A DNA stretch of 64,000 nucleotides from Candidatus Cloacimonadales bacterium (GTDB lineage: Bacteria > Cloacimonadota > Cloacimonadia > Cloacimonadales > JAFGVF01). The number at the start of each line of letters is the position of its first letter. Position 1 is the first letter of the stretch. A program made the translations under genes and the position numbers. Positions 53,153 to 63,011 of this stretch are shown piece by piece. The stretch lies in NCBI GenBank assembly GCA_963662585.1, contig OY759729.1, positions 2,176,001 through 2,240,000 on the forward strand, given 5' to 3'. The notes beneath the pieces were generated by a model. It was not told the DNA's origin. It was given only the letters and a program-made list of their open reading frames with translations, and did no database searches.

Positions 53153-56100
53153 GTGAAAAGATATCTGAATGTTTTTATCGTACTAATAATGATGTTAAGC
53201 ATCACTTCGCTGATGGCTGATACATGGACTGAGACCTTTGATGATATTGCAACTGGAAGCTATCTTACTGGTGATGTTGTAATCTCAAGCAGAACCTGGA
53301 CAGCTAAGGATGCTGGTAATTTTTCTTATGCAAATACCAATATGGGTTCGTATGCTTTTACGATTAATGATGATAAAGCAGGTGCTTATATTACTACACC
53401 TGTTTTGAATACAATTGGAACGGTAAGTTTTAAATATGCTTACTTAAATGGTAATGATACCAATGTTTTTGTACTTCAAAAATCTTATGATAACACAAAT
53501 TTCGTAGATTTAGATACTCATACTTTAGGTGCAGAATCTAATTTAGCTTATGTTAACTACTCTTTTGAAGTTAACGATTCAGCTACTGAAGTTTATATTA
53601 GAATCTTAAGTGATGGTCAAAATGCTCATCTATTTATTGAAGATTTCACTGTAACTGATGCAGGTGGCACAACCCCTACTGCTCTTTCAGCTGATTTCAC
53701 TGCTGATATTACAACTGGAGAAACACCTCTCACAGTCAACTTCACTCCTGCAGTAACTGGTGGTACAGAGCCTTATGGTTATGCTTGGGATTTTGATAAT
53801 GATAACAGTGTTGATTCAACAGATGAAAACCCTTCTTATACATATAACACAGCTGGCACTTTCTCAGTTAAATTAACTGTTACAGATGGTGCCCTAGCCA
53901 CTGATATTGAAGAAAAAGTAGATTATATTACAACTGTTGAACCAACTAGTGAAGATGAATTAATGTCTAATGGCAACTTAGAGCTATGGGATAATTCTAC
54001 TACTCCTACTGATTGGGACAAGAGAGAAAGTCTTCAACAAGAAGGAACTATAGTTCATTCTGGTTCTTACTCTGCTAAGCAAACAGCTGGCACAAAAGAT
54101 TTAGGTCAATATGTTGAAGGAATAGTTGGTGGCGAAACTTACACTATCTCTTATTGGTACTTAGATAATGATACTAATGCTAAATCAAGAATTTGGTCTA
54201 ATTGGAGATCAGGGACATCTAATTTAAGTGATGATGATGATGTCTTAAAACCGAGTACTTACTCAATAGATAGTTCTGAGTGGCAACAAATCACTTACAC
54301 TCTAACTGCCCCAGCTACTGCTGATAATTTCTACTTTGAAGTAAGAAGCTATAATGATAATAGTGGTGGTGGAGTAATCTATTATGATGATTTCTCAGTT
54401 ATGGGTGCTGGTGGAACTTCTCCTGACTTATTATCAGTAGATTTCGAAGCTGATGTTCTTACTGGACAAGTACCTCTCACTGTTAACTTCACTAATTTAG
54501 TTACCGGTGGAGTTTCTCCTTATGGATATAGTTGGGATTTCGATGGTGATAATAGTGAAGATTCAGATGCTGCTAATCCAAGCTACACTTATTATGCAGT
54601 TGGAACTTATCCTGTGAAACTTTATGTTGTGGATTCAGGAACAAGTGATGGCACTGAATATAAGACAGCTTATATAACTGTAACAACTGCTGGTGGGGAC
54701 ACTTACTATAGTGGCATCACTGCGACTGAAGGTGAGGCTTTAAAAACTCAGCTTGCTGCATTAATTTCAACTAATACAAGCACAAGCTATGATGGTGCTC
54801 GTGCAGCCATGTATAGTAATATTGATAATATCAATAATACTGTTACCTGTGTTTATACAGGCTTAGAAGTTCCTCACAACTATGGTGACACTTCTGCACC
54901 TACCGATATTAACTGTGAACACTCTTTTGCTCAGAGCTGGATTGAAGATTATCTCCTTGATACAACTACTGAAAATCGTGCAAAAGCTGATGTTCATCAC
55001 CTTTTCCCTACTGATTCTGGTGTGAATTCTTCCCGCGGGAATCTTTCTTTCGATAATGTTAATTCTGTAGAATACTCTTATAGTTTTGCTACTGGCTATA
55101 CTTCCTATCGTGGAACTAATGCTGACGGCGTGACTGTATTTGAACCTGCAGACCAACATAAAGGTGATCTTGCTAGAGCTTTATTATATATGAGCGTTCG
55201 TTATGATTTACCTCTTGCTCCTCCAGTACCTAACCCAGGTCCTATCAATGTTAATATGCTTGCTACTCTTTTAGAGTGGAATAGTGCAGACCCTGTTGAT
55301 GCTGCTGAAATTACTAGAAATGATGAAATAGAAGATTACCAGACTAACCGTAATCCATTTGTTGATCATCCTGAATGGGTAAACGCTATTTGGGGTGGAG
55401 AACCTGTTTACACTTGCTCTATTCCTACTATGAATCCTGCTGGTGGTACATTTGACTCAGTTCAAAGCGTTACTCTTTCAACTCTAACAGCTGATGCAGA
55501 CATCTATTATACTACTAATGGTGATACTCCAACTTCTGCTTCTACTCTTTATAGTGGAGCTATTGAAGTTGCTACTAATATGACTATCAAAGCTATTGCT
55601 GTAAAAACTGGCTGGAATGATTCTCAAATGGCATCAGAATCTTATGTAATCAATATCATTCCTACTGTTTCAATCTATGATATTCAGTTCGTAGCTGATC
55701 CTGTAACTTCTGATGTTTCTGCTTATGAAGGACAGACTGTTAATGTTACTGGTATCGTTACTGCTGTTTCAAGCTCAGGTTTCAATATCTCTGCTCCTGC
55801 AGGTGGTGCTTGGAATGGTATCCTTGTTTATAACAATACTGCTAATCCAACTATAGGTGACCAAGTTACCTTCAACGGAGAAGTAGATGAATACAGCTAT
55901 TTAACAGAACTTAAGAATATCAATGGCTTTCAAGTTCTTTCTCAAGGCAACTCAGTTACTCCTACAGTAATTACTACTGCTCAGGCATCTACAGAAGCCT
56001 ATGAAGGTGTCTTAGTTACTGTTGAAACCGTTACTGTTACTGAAGAAGCTTCAACCTATAATGAATGGCTTGTTTCTGATGGTTCAGGTGATATTCAAAT

Positions 56101-59100
56101 CGATGATGAATATGGATACTTCCCTGATCCTGCTCCAATGTTAGGACAGGTTTATTCTTACATTACAGGTATTATTGACTACAAATATGGCTCATTTGGT
56201 ATTAGCCCAAGAGACGCTAACGATCTTCAACTTGATTCATCTGTAAATCAATTACCTCTTGTAAGCAATGTTTCTCATTCACCTCTAACTGTCTATGCAG
56301 CTGATGCAGTTACTGTTACAGCTGATGCTATAGATAATGATGGTACTATTGCTACTATCAATCTCAAGTGGGGAATTGAAACAGGTGTCTATACTACAAC
56401 TACTGCAATGACTCCTTCCAGAGCTACTTATACAGCTGATATTCCTGCTCAAGTAGAAGGAACTTCAGTATATTATATTGTTGAAGCTACTGATGATGAT
56501 AGTGGCTTAACCACAAGTGAAGAAGGATCTTATACAGTGAACGCTGAACCTGCTGAAGGTGCAGCAACTGACCTTTTCATTTCTGAATATTGTGAGCCAG
56601 ATGGTGGAAACACTAAATATATCGAAATCTTCAATGGTACAGGTAATCCGGTAGATCTTTCAGCTTACTCTATTAGTAAGATAACTAATGGTGGAAACTG
56701 GGACGAGGCTACTTTAGCTCTTTCTGGTACTTTAGCTAATAATGATGTCTATATTATCGCTAATACTGGTTCTGATGCTACTGTCCTTGCTGTAGCAGAT
56801 TATACTGAAGGAAGTATTACTACCTTTAGTGGTGATGATGCAATTGGTTTAGCCAAAAACGGCACTGTTATTGATGCTGTAGGTACTGAAGGTTCTGATC
56901 CTGGTTCAGGCTGGAATGTAGCCGGTGTTACTAATGCTACTGCAAACCACACCATAGTTAGAAAATCTTCTGTACAATCACCAACCACAGATTGGACTGC
57001 TTCCGCTGGTACAGATGCAAGTGATTCACAGTGGATAGTCTATGATGCTAATACTTATACCTATGCAGGATCACATTTGTTTGGTGATGCTGAAATGGTT
57101 GCTACACCTTCTATCTCTCCTACATCAGGTCAATATGATGACCAGGTAGAAGTTTCTATCACATGTGAAACACTTGGTGCAACTATCTATTATACAACAA
57201 ATGGTGATGACCCAACCACAGCTTCTGATGTTTATTCAGAACCATTTACTTTAACAGCTGATGCTACTGTGAAAGCTTTTGCTACTCTTGTAGATTATGT
57301 TGATAGTGCTATTGCTACTGAAGTTTATACTGTTGTTGATACTAGTAGTATTCCTAGTGGTATGATTATCTCTGAGTATATAGAAGGTTCAAGTAGTAAC
57401 AAAGCTATTGAAATCTATAATGGAACAGGTGCTGAAGTTGACCTTACACCTTATATTGTTAGAATTGGTTTTAATGGTGGAGCTTGGTCTACAACTGCTT
57501 ACGATATGACTGGTACTTTAGCTGCAGGTGATGTTTTTGTAATCTCCAATTCAGGAGCGGATGCAGGAATTAGTGCTGTTTCTGATGTAACAAGCGGTGT
57601 TTGTAATTTCAACGGTGATGATGCTCTCGCACTTTTCTATAATGATATCATAATTGATGTTATTGGTGTTCAAGGCATAGATCCTGGTACTGATTGGGAT
57701 GTTGCGGGTGGTGCTGGAACCACAGCTGATTATACCCTTGTAAGAAAACTTACTGTTACTGAAGGTACAACTGATTGGGCTGTCTCAGCTGGTACAGATG
57801 AAACAAGTTCACAGTGGAATATATATCCACAAGATACATTTGCTTATTTAGGATCTTATGGTGTGGAACCAACTCCTACAGTTGCAACACCTGAATTTAC
57901 CCCAACTGCTGGTTCTTATAATGACCAAGTTGTAGTAACTATTACTTGTGCAACTGAAGGTGCTGCTATCTATTATACTTTAGATGGTACAGACCCAACT
58001 ACAGGCTCACTTGTATATTCTAGTGAAATTACTATCACAGAAGATACAACTGTAAAAGCCTTTGCTACTTTAGTTGATTATGATGATTCTGCAATTGCTA
58101 CTGCTGAATATACTATCACTTCAATCACTGCTACTGATGTAGCTGATATCGCAAGCTTAAGAGCTGGTGCTACTGATGGTACAATCTATAGATTAACTGG
58201 TGAAGCTTTTATTACTTATCAAAGATCTACTCGTAATCAAAAATATATCCAAGATGCTACTGCTGCTATCTTAATTGATGATAATAATGGTGTTATTACT
58301 ACTACTTATAATCAATATGACGGGATTACTAATATTGAAGGTACTCTTAACCTGTATAATGGCTTACTTCAATTTATTCCTACAGCAGACCCTGGTAATG
58401 CTACTTCAATAGAAAATAGTATTACTCCTCTTACTGTATCAATTACTGATATTACTTCTGCAATTGATACTTATGAATCAAGATTAGTTAAATTAGAAAA
58501 TGTTAACTTCTCTTCCACAGGTACTTTTGCTGCAAATAACAACTATACACTTACAGACGGCACAGATAATCTTACATTTAGAACTTCTTTCTATGAAGCA
58601 GATTATATTGGAGAAGCTGTCTTTACTAGCAATTTAGATGTTATTGCTTTAGTAGCAGAATACAATGGTAATGCTCAAATCGTCTCTAGAGACCTTGCAG
58701 ACTTTACAGAACTTGCTGGTCCTTCAATAGTAGCAACTCCTGAAATAACTCCTGCTACAGGAACTTATTATACAGAACAAGAAGTTACTATTATTTCTGC
58801 TACAGCTGAGGCAACTATCTATTATACTATAGATGGTAATGACCCAACAACTTCTTCTTTAGAATATACTGCTCCTTTCACTGTAACTGCTACAACTACT
58901 GTTAAAGCTTTTGCTGTGAAAGCAGATATGACAGACTCTGCAATTGCTGAATCTATCATTACTATCGAAGAGTTAAATATTACTCCTGGTATGATTATTT
59001 CTGAATATATTGAAGGTTCTTCTAACCATAAAGCTATCGAAATCTATAATGGTACTGGTGAAGATGTTGATTTAACACCTTACACAGTTAAATTAGGCTC

Positions 59101-61696
59101 AAACGGTGGTGATTGGGGTAATACTTGTGATATGACAGGTACTCTTGTAGCTGGTGATGTTTTCGTCATTGCTAATTCATCTGCTGATCCTTCAATCCTT
59201 GCTCTTGCAGACACTACAAGCAACATTACTTATTATAACGGTGATGATGCTGTAGGTCTTTTATACAACGATGTCTTGATTGATGTTATCGGTACTTACC
59301 AAACAGATCCAGGAGCTTCTTGGGATGTTGCTGGTGTAACAGGTGCTACTGTTGATCATACTTTAGTAAGAAAAAATTCTGTTACTCAAGGAACAACAGA
59401 TTGGGCTCTCTCTGCAGGAACAGATGAAACTGATTCTCAGTGGATTGTTTATCCTGTGAATACTTTCAACTATCTTGGTTACCATGGTATTGATGTGGTA
59501 GCTCTTCCTGAAATCTCACCTAATGGTGGTTCTTACACAGATGAAGTAGAAGTTTCTATTACTTGCTTAACTGATGGCGCAACTATCTATTATACTATTG
59601 ATGGAAGCGACCCAACTACTTCTTCTTTAGAATATACAGCTCCATTTAGCTTAAATGCTGATGCTACTGTTAAAGCCTTTGCTACTAAAGCTGATTATAA
59701 CGACAGTGAAATTGCTTCTGCTGACTTCACTATAGTTTCTGGTGGTGATATACCAACCGGAATGATTATCTCAGAATATATCGAAGGTGGCTCAAATAAT
59801 AAAGCTATCGAAATCTACAACGGTACTGGTGCAGAAGTTGATTTAACTCCTTATATCGTGAAACTTGGTTCTAATGGTGGTGACTGGGGTAATACTTGTG
59901 ATATGGTTGGTACCCTTGCAGCTGGTGATGTTTTCGTTATTGCAAACTCAGGATCTAATCCTGCTATCCTTGCCTTGGCTGATACCCTTAGTACTGTTAC
60001 CTATTTCAATGGTGATGATGCAATCGGACTCTTCTACAATGAAGTATTGATTGATCTTTTTGGTACTTATCAAACTGATCCTGGTACAGGTTGGGAAGTT
60101 GCTGGACTTACTAATGCTACTGTAGATCATACCTTAGTTAGAAAACTTACTGTTACTCAAGGTACAACTGACTGGGCTACTTCTGCTGGTACAGATGCTA
60201 ATGATTCTCAGTGGGTTATCTATCCAATCGATACAATTGCTATGTTAGGAAGTCATACTTCTCCTCTAGCAATAGTTGATGCTCCAGTGATCAATCCTGA
60301 TGGTGGAGATTATCAAGATGAAGTGGAAGTTTCAATTACTACAACTACTCCATCTGCTAATATCTATTATACTATAGATGGTTCTACTCCTACAGATGCT
60401 TCTCTGCTTTACTCTGCACCTTTCACTTTAACTGAAGATGCTACTGTTAAAGCTCTTGCTATGAAGGATGGAATGGTTACTTCTACTATGACTTCTGCTG
60501 TATTCACTGTTACTCAAGTAACATTTGAAGATGGTTTCACTATCTCAGAAACTGAATTTACTTTCACCTCTGAAGTTGGCGTTGAATCAGAAACTCAATC
60601 CTATACTATCTATATGCAAGCTGCTGAGCTTGGTCTTGTAGAAGTTACAGGTGATTTCCAGATTCAAGACCCTGATGGTGCTTGGGGAAGTGATTTCTTC
60701 TTTGAACTTGTAGATGAAGAAGTTACTATCAATGTGAAATTCAATGCTACTAATGCTGGAACTGTCTATGGTCAAATTATTCATTCTATCGATGGTTTCG
60801 ATGATGTTATTATTGAACTTACAGGTACTGGAACAGAAGTTCTTCCAACTTCTATCTATGATATTCAGTTCGTAGCTGATCCTACAACTAATGAAGCTTC
60901 TGCTTATGATGGACAAGAAGTTATCGTTGAAGGTATTGTTACTGCTAATAACTATGGTGGAAAATACTTTATCTCATCTCCTGAAGGTGGTGCTTGGAAT
61001 GCTATCTTCGTTTATGATACTGCTAATGACCCTGCTCTTGGTGATTTAGTTAGAATCAGAGCTACTGTTGATGAATATTATAACTGGACTGAACTTGTTT
61101 CAGTTACAGAATATGAAGTTCTTTCTTCTGGAAATACTATTCCTGCTCCTGTGGTTATTACAACTGCTGAACTTGCTTCTATGGAAGCTTATGAAAGCGT
61201 TTTAGTTACTATCGAGAATGTTACTGTTTCAATTATTGCTAATAGCTTCGGCGAATGGTATGTAACAGATGGTTCTGGTGATGCTCAAATCGATGATGGT
61301 TGCTATGTAATAGATCCTGCCGTTGCAGTAGATGATACTTTCATCTCTATTACTGGTGTGGTTGATTTCTCACATAGTAATTATGGCTTGAATCCACGCG
61401 ATGCTAATGATATAGTAACTACTCCTCTTGTAACTGAGTTAGATACTCCTGTTATTACTTCAATGACTAAAGTTGAAACTGGACTCAAGATTTCTTGGGA
61501 GCCTGTAGAAAATGCTAACTATTACTATGTTTATGTTTCTGCTCTTCCTGAAGGTCCTTTTACTCTTCTTACTGATGAACCAACAGAAGTAGAGGTTGAA
61601 GGAACAGTTGTAGTAGAATACATTTATCCTGCTGTTGATGGTATGAAATTCTTCAAATTACGAGCTTCTACCGTCCCTATGCCAGTAGCTAAATAA
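53153..61696 (+). CDS. Giant secreted multidomain nuclease: PKD x2, CBM-like domain, endonuclease I, OB folds, lamin-tail x4, CHB_HEX_C-like repeats, C-terminal FN3-like domain
   Basis: Signal peptide; PKD (YAWDFD...NPSYTY); EndA motifs NCEHSFAQS, DVHHLFP, NSSRGN, KGDLARALLYMSVRY, NRNPFVDHPEW; ISEYIEGSSNNKAIEIYNG-type repeats; IYYTxDGxDPT repeats. Confidence 0.88.
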   Translation: MKRYLNVFIVLIMMLSITSLMADTWTETFDDIATGSYLTGDVVISSRTWTAKDAGNFSYANTNMGSYAFTINDDKAGAYITTPVLNTIGTVSFKYAYLNGNDTNVFVLQKSYDNTNFVDLDTHTLGAESNLAYVNYSFEVNDSATEVYIRILSDGQNAHLFIEDFTVTDAGGTTPTALSADFTADITTGETPLTVNFTPAVTGGTEPYGYAWDFDNDNSVDSTDENPSYTYNTAGTFSVKLTVTDGALATDIEEKVDYITTVEPTSEDELMSNGNLELWDNSTTPTDWDKRESLQQEGTIVHSGSYSAKQTAGTKDLGQYVEGIVGGETYTISYWYLDNDTNAKSRIWSNWRSGTSNLSDDDDVLKPSTYSIDSSEWQQITYTLTAPATADNFYFEVRSYNDNSGGGVIYYDDFSVMGAGGTSPDLLSVDFEADVLTGQVPLTVNFTNLVTGGVSPYGYSWDFDGDNSEDSDAANPSYTYYAVGTYPVKLYVVDSGTSDGTEYKTAYITVTTAGGDTYYSGITATEGEALKTQLAALISTNTSTSYDGARAAMYSNIDNINNTVTCVYTGLEVPHNYGDTSAPTDINCEHSFAQSWIEDYLLDTTTENRAKADVHHLFPTDSGVNSSRGNLSFDNVNSVEYSYSFATGYTSYRGTNADGVTVFEPADQHKGDLARALLYMSVRYDLPLAPPVPNPGPINVNMLATLLEWNSADPVDAAEITRNDEIEDYQTNRNPFVDHPEWVNAIWGGEPVYTCSIPTMNPAGGTFDSVQSVTLSTLTADADIYYTTNGDTPTSASTLYSGAIEVATNMTIKAIAVKTGWNDSQMASESYVINIIPTVSIYDIQFVADPVTSDVSAYEGQTVNVTGIVTAVSSSGFNISAPAGGAWNGILVYNNTANPTIGDQVTFNGEVDEYSYLTELKNINGFQVLSQGNSVTPTVITTAQASTEAYEGVLVTVETVTVTEEASTYNEWLVSDGSGDIQIDDEYGYFPDPAPMLGQVYSYITGIIDYKYGSFGISPRDANDLQLDSSVNQLPLVSNVSHSPLTVYAADAVTVTADAIDNDGTIATINLKWGIETGVYTTTTAMTPSRATYTADIPAQVEGTSVYYIVEATDDDSGLTTSEEGSYTVNAEPAEGAATDLFISEYCEPDGGNTKYIEIFNGTGNPVDLSAYSISKITNGGNWDEATLALSGTLANNDVYIIANTGSDATVLAVADYTEGSITTFSGDDAIGLAKNGTVIDAVGTEGSDPGSGWNVAGVTNATANHTIVRKSSVQSPTTDWTASAGTDASDSQWIVYDANTYTYAGSHLFGDAEMVATPSISPTSGQYDDQVEVSITCETLGATIYYTTNGDDPTTASDVYSEPFTLTADATVKAFATLVDYVDSAIATEVYTVVDTSSIPSGMIISEYIEGSSSNKAIEIYNGTGAEVDLTPYIVRIGFNGGAWSTTAYDMTGTLAAGDVFVISNSGADAGISAVSDVTSGVCNFNGDDALALFYNDIIIDVIGVQGIDPGTDWDVAGGAGTTADYTLVRKLTVTEGTTDWAVSAGTDETSSQWNIYPQDTFAYLGSYGVEPTPTVATPEFTPTAGSYNDQVVVTITCATEGAAIYYTLDGTDPTTGSLVYSSEITITEDTTVKAFATLVDYDDSAIATAEYTITSITATDVADIASLRAGATDGTIYRLTGEAFITYQRSTRNQKYIQDATAAILIDDNNGVITTTYNQYDGITNIEGTLNLYNGLLQFIPTADPGNATSIENSITPLTVSITDITSAIDTYESRLVKLENVNFSSTGTFAANNNYTLTDGTDNLTFRTSFYEADYIGEAVFTSNLDVIALVAEYNGNAQIVSRDLADFTELAGPSIVATPEITPATGTYYTEQEVTIISATAEATIYYTIDGNDPTTSSLEYTAPFTVTATTTVKAFAVKADMTDSAIAESIITIEELNITPGMIISEYIEGSSNHKAIEIYNGTGEDVDLTPYTVKLGSNGGDWGNTCDMTGTLVAGDVFVIANSSADPSILALADTTSNITYYNGDDAVGLLYNDVLIDVIGTYQTDPGASWDVAGVTGATVDHTLVRKNSVTQGTTDWALSAGTDETDSQWIVYPVNTFNYLGYHGIDVVALPEISPNGGSYTDEVEVSITCLTDGATIYYTIDGSDPTTSSLEYTAPFSLNADATVKAFATKADYNDSEIASADFTIVSGGDIPTGMIISEYIEGGSNNKAIEIYNGTGAEVDLTPYIVKLGSNGGDWGNTCDMVGTLAAGDVFVIANSGSNPAILALADTLSTVTYFNGDDAIGLFYNEVLIDLFGTYQTDPGTGWEVAGLTNATVDHTLVRKLTVTQGTTDWATSAGTDANDSQWVIYPIDTIAMLGSHTSPLAIVDAPVINPDGGDYQDEVEVSITTTTPSANIYYTIDGSTPTDASLLYSAPFTLTEDATVKALAMKDGMVTSTMTSAVFTVTQVTFEDGFTISETEFTFTSEVGVESETQSYTIYMQAAELGLVEVTGDFQIQDPDGAWGSDFFFELVDEEVTINVKFNATNAGTVYGQIIHSIDGFDDVIIELTGTGTEVLPTSIYDIQFVADPTTNEASAYDGQEVIVEGIVTANNYGGKYFISSPEGGAWNAIFVYDTANDPALGDLVRIRATVDEYYNWTELVSVTEYEVLSSGNTIPAPVVITTAELASMEAYESVLVTIENVTVSIIANSFGEWYVTDGSGDAQIDDGCYVIDPAVAVDDTFISITGVVDFSHSNYGLNPRDANDIVTTPLVTELDTPVITSMTKVETGLKISWEPVENANYYYVYVSALPEGPFTLLTDEPTEVEVEGTVVVEYIYPAVDGMKFFKLRASTVPMPVAK

Positions 61697-61704
61697 TAAA
61701 TAAA

Positions 61705-62048
61705 TAACTGGGAGCGCCGGCATCCTTGCCGGCATCTTCCTAACTGGGAACGCGGGATTCCAGCCCGCTCTTCTCTTAATAAATTAAAGCCCTGCGAATG
61801 CAGGGCTTTAATTTTTGGGAGGGCGAAAGATGTTTCGCCCCTACATTTGTGTAATTCGTGTAATTAGTGGATAGATTCTCTAACTGGGAACCCCTCTTAA
61901 ATCCCCCTCCGTGAGGGGGACACAGGGGGTGTTCTCTTCTAACAGGAAGCACATGCTTCCCCTAATTCCCCTCTGTGGAGGGGTGGCAGTGTATTTCACT
62001 GACGGGGTGGTCTCTTCTAACTGGGAGCGCCGGCATCCTTGGCTGCAT
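61705..62048 (+). repeat. REP-like mosaic downstream of the giant nuclease
   Basis: TAACTGGGAGCGCCGGCATCCTTG twice; empty TAACTGGGAACGCGGGATTCCAGCCCGC at 61741; TCCCCCTCCGTGAGGGGGA and CCCCTC..GAGGGG modules. Confidence 0.85.
61781..61816 (+). terminator. Intrinsic terminator of the giant nuclease gene
   Basis: AAATTAAAGCCCTGC-GAAT-GCAGGGCTTTAATTTTT. Confidence 0.85.
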
Positions 62049-62055
62049 ATTTTCT

Positions 62056-62349
62056 TTACTCTTCTCTATTATGAAATTCCTTTATAAACAAATGCCAAGG
62101 ATTCTTATAAACTCCCTCCTTTTTCATCCTCTGTTTCAAACTCTTAAGTTCAGCATCACTAAGGGCTTGGTAGCTTGCCGAAGCATTAGAAGAAGTCTGC
62201 CCAAACTGTATATTATTTTCCACAATTTTAGGTTGGTTTTTCTTCTTTACTCGATAATAATAGGTATTTGGGTTATCAACAATACTTAATCCATCAGCTC
62301 TCATTTTTGCTCTCAATCCACGCGGGATTTCCAATTTAACAATTGCCAT
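62056..62349 (-). CDS. Small basic hypothetical protein
   Basis: 97 aa, K/R-rich; RBS AAGGAG spaced correctly from the ATG. Confidence 0.65.
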   Translation of the reverse strand: MAIVKLEIPRGLRAKMRADGLSIVDNPNTYYYRVKKKNQPKIVENNIQFGQTSSNASASYQALSDAELKSLKQRMKKEGVYKNPWHLFIKEFHNREE

Positions 62350-62492
62350 CTTTGGCTCCTTATATTTTATTTGGGCTAATTATTCAACCCTTCATAAATC
62401 TATAGGGCCCACTTTTTCCGAAAATGGTCCAGTTTTTGAAAAAAAGATGAAAAAAGTTGAAATTTTTCTAGGAATTGACCCGAATGTAGGCG

Positions 62493-63011
62493 CTATGGAA
62501 TGGAAGGGTCCCTGCTTCCATTAACTGGGGTTACGGACCTTTAGTCCGTGAATCTTAAATTCTGGGGTTACGGACCTTTAATCCGTGAATCTTAAATTCT
62601 GGGGTTACGGACCTTTATTCCGTGAATCTTAAATTCTGGGGTTACGGACCTTTATTCCGTGAATCTTAAATTCCCCGCTTTAGTGCTGAAAGCACGCTAA
62701 AAGAGGGGTGGCATCGAAGATGACGGGGTGTTTCTTAAAATCCCCCTCCGCGAGGGGGACAAAAAGGGGGTGTTCTCTTCTCTTCCTAACTGGGAACGCG
62801 GGATTCCAGCCCGCACAACCATTCACGAAGGTGAGTGGTGGTAGTTGAAAAGTTGTAGTCGGAAGTCGCTACTCCGTGAGCAACTCCCGTCATACTTTAC
62901 TCTTCACTAAAAAAAAGAGGGGTGGCATCGAAGATGACGGGGTGTTTCTTAAAATCCCCCTCCGCGAGGGGGACAAAAGGGGGTGTTCTCTTCCTAACTG
63001 GGAACGCGGGA
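62493..63011 (+). repeat. REP-like mosaic with a 4 x 37-bp tandem array, preceding IS1182 copy 2
   Basis: 37-bp units start at 62525, 62562, 62599 and 62636. Then two rounds of CCCCTCT/TCCCCCTCC/TAACTGGGA modules; the first TAACTGGGA site (62787) is empty, the second carries the IS. Confidence 0.9.

Noticed and set aside
62525..62672. CRISPR array (37-bp hairpin repeats)
   Set aside because: Units are contiguous with no unique spacers and there are no cas genes in the window.
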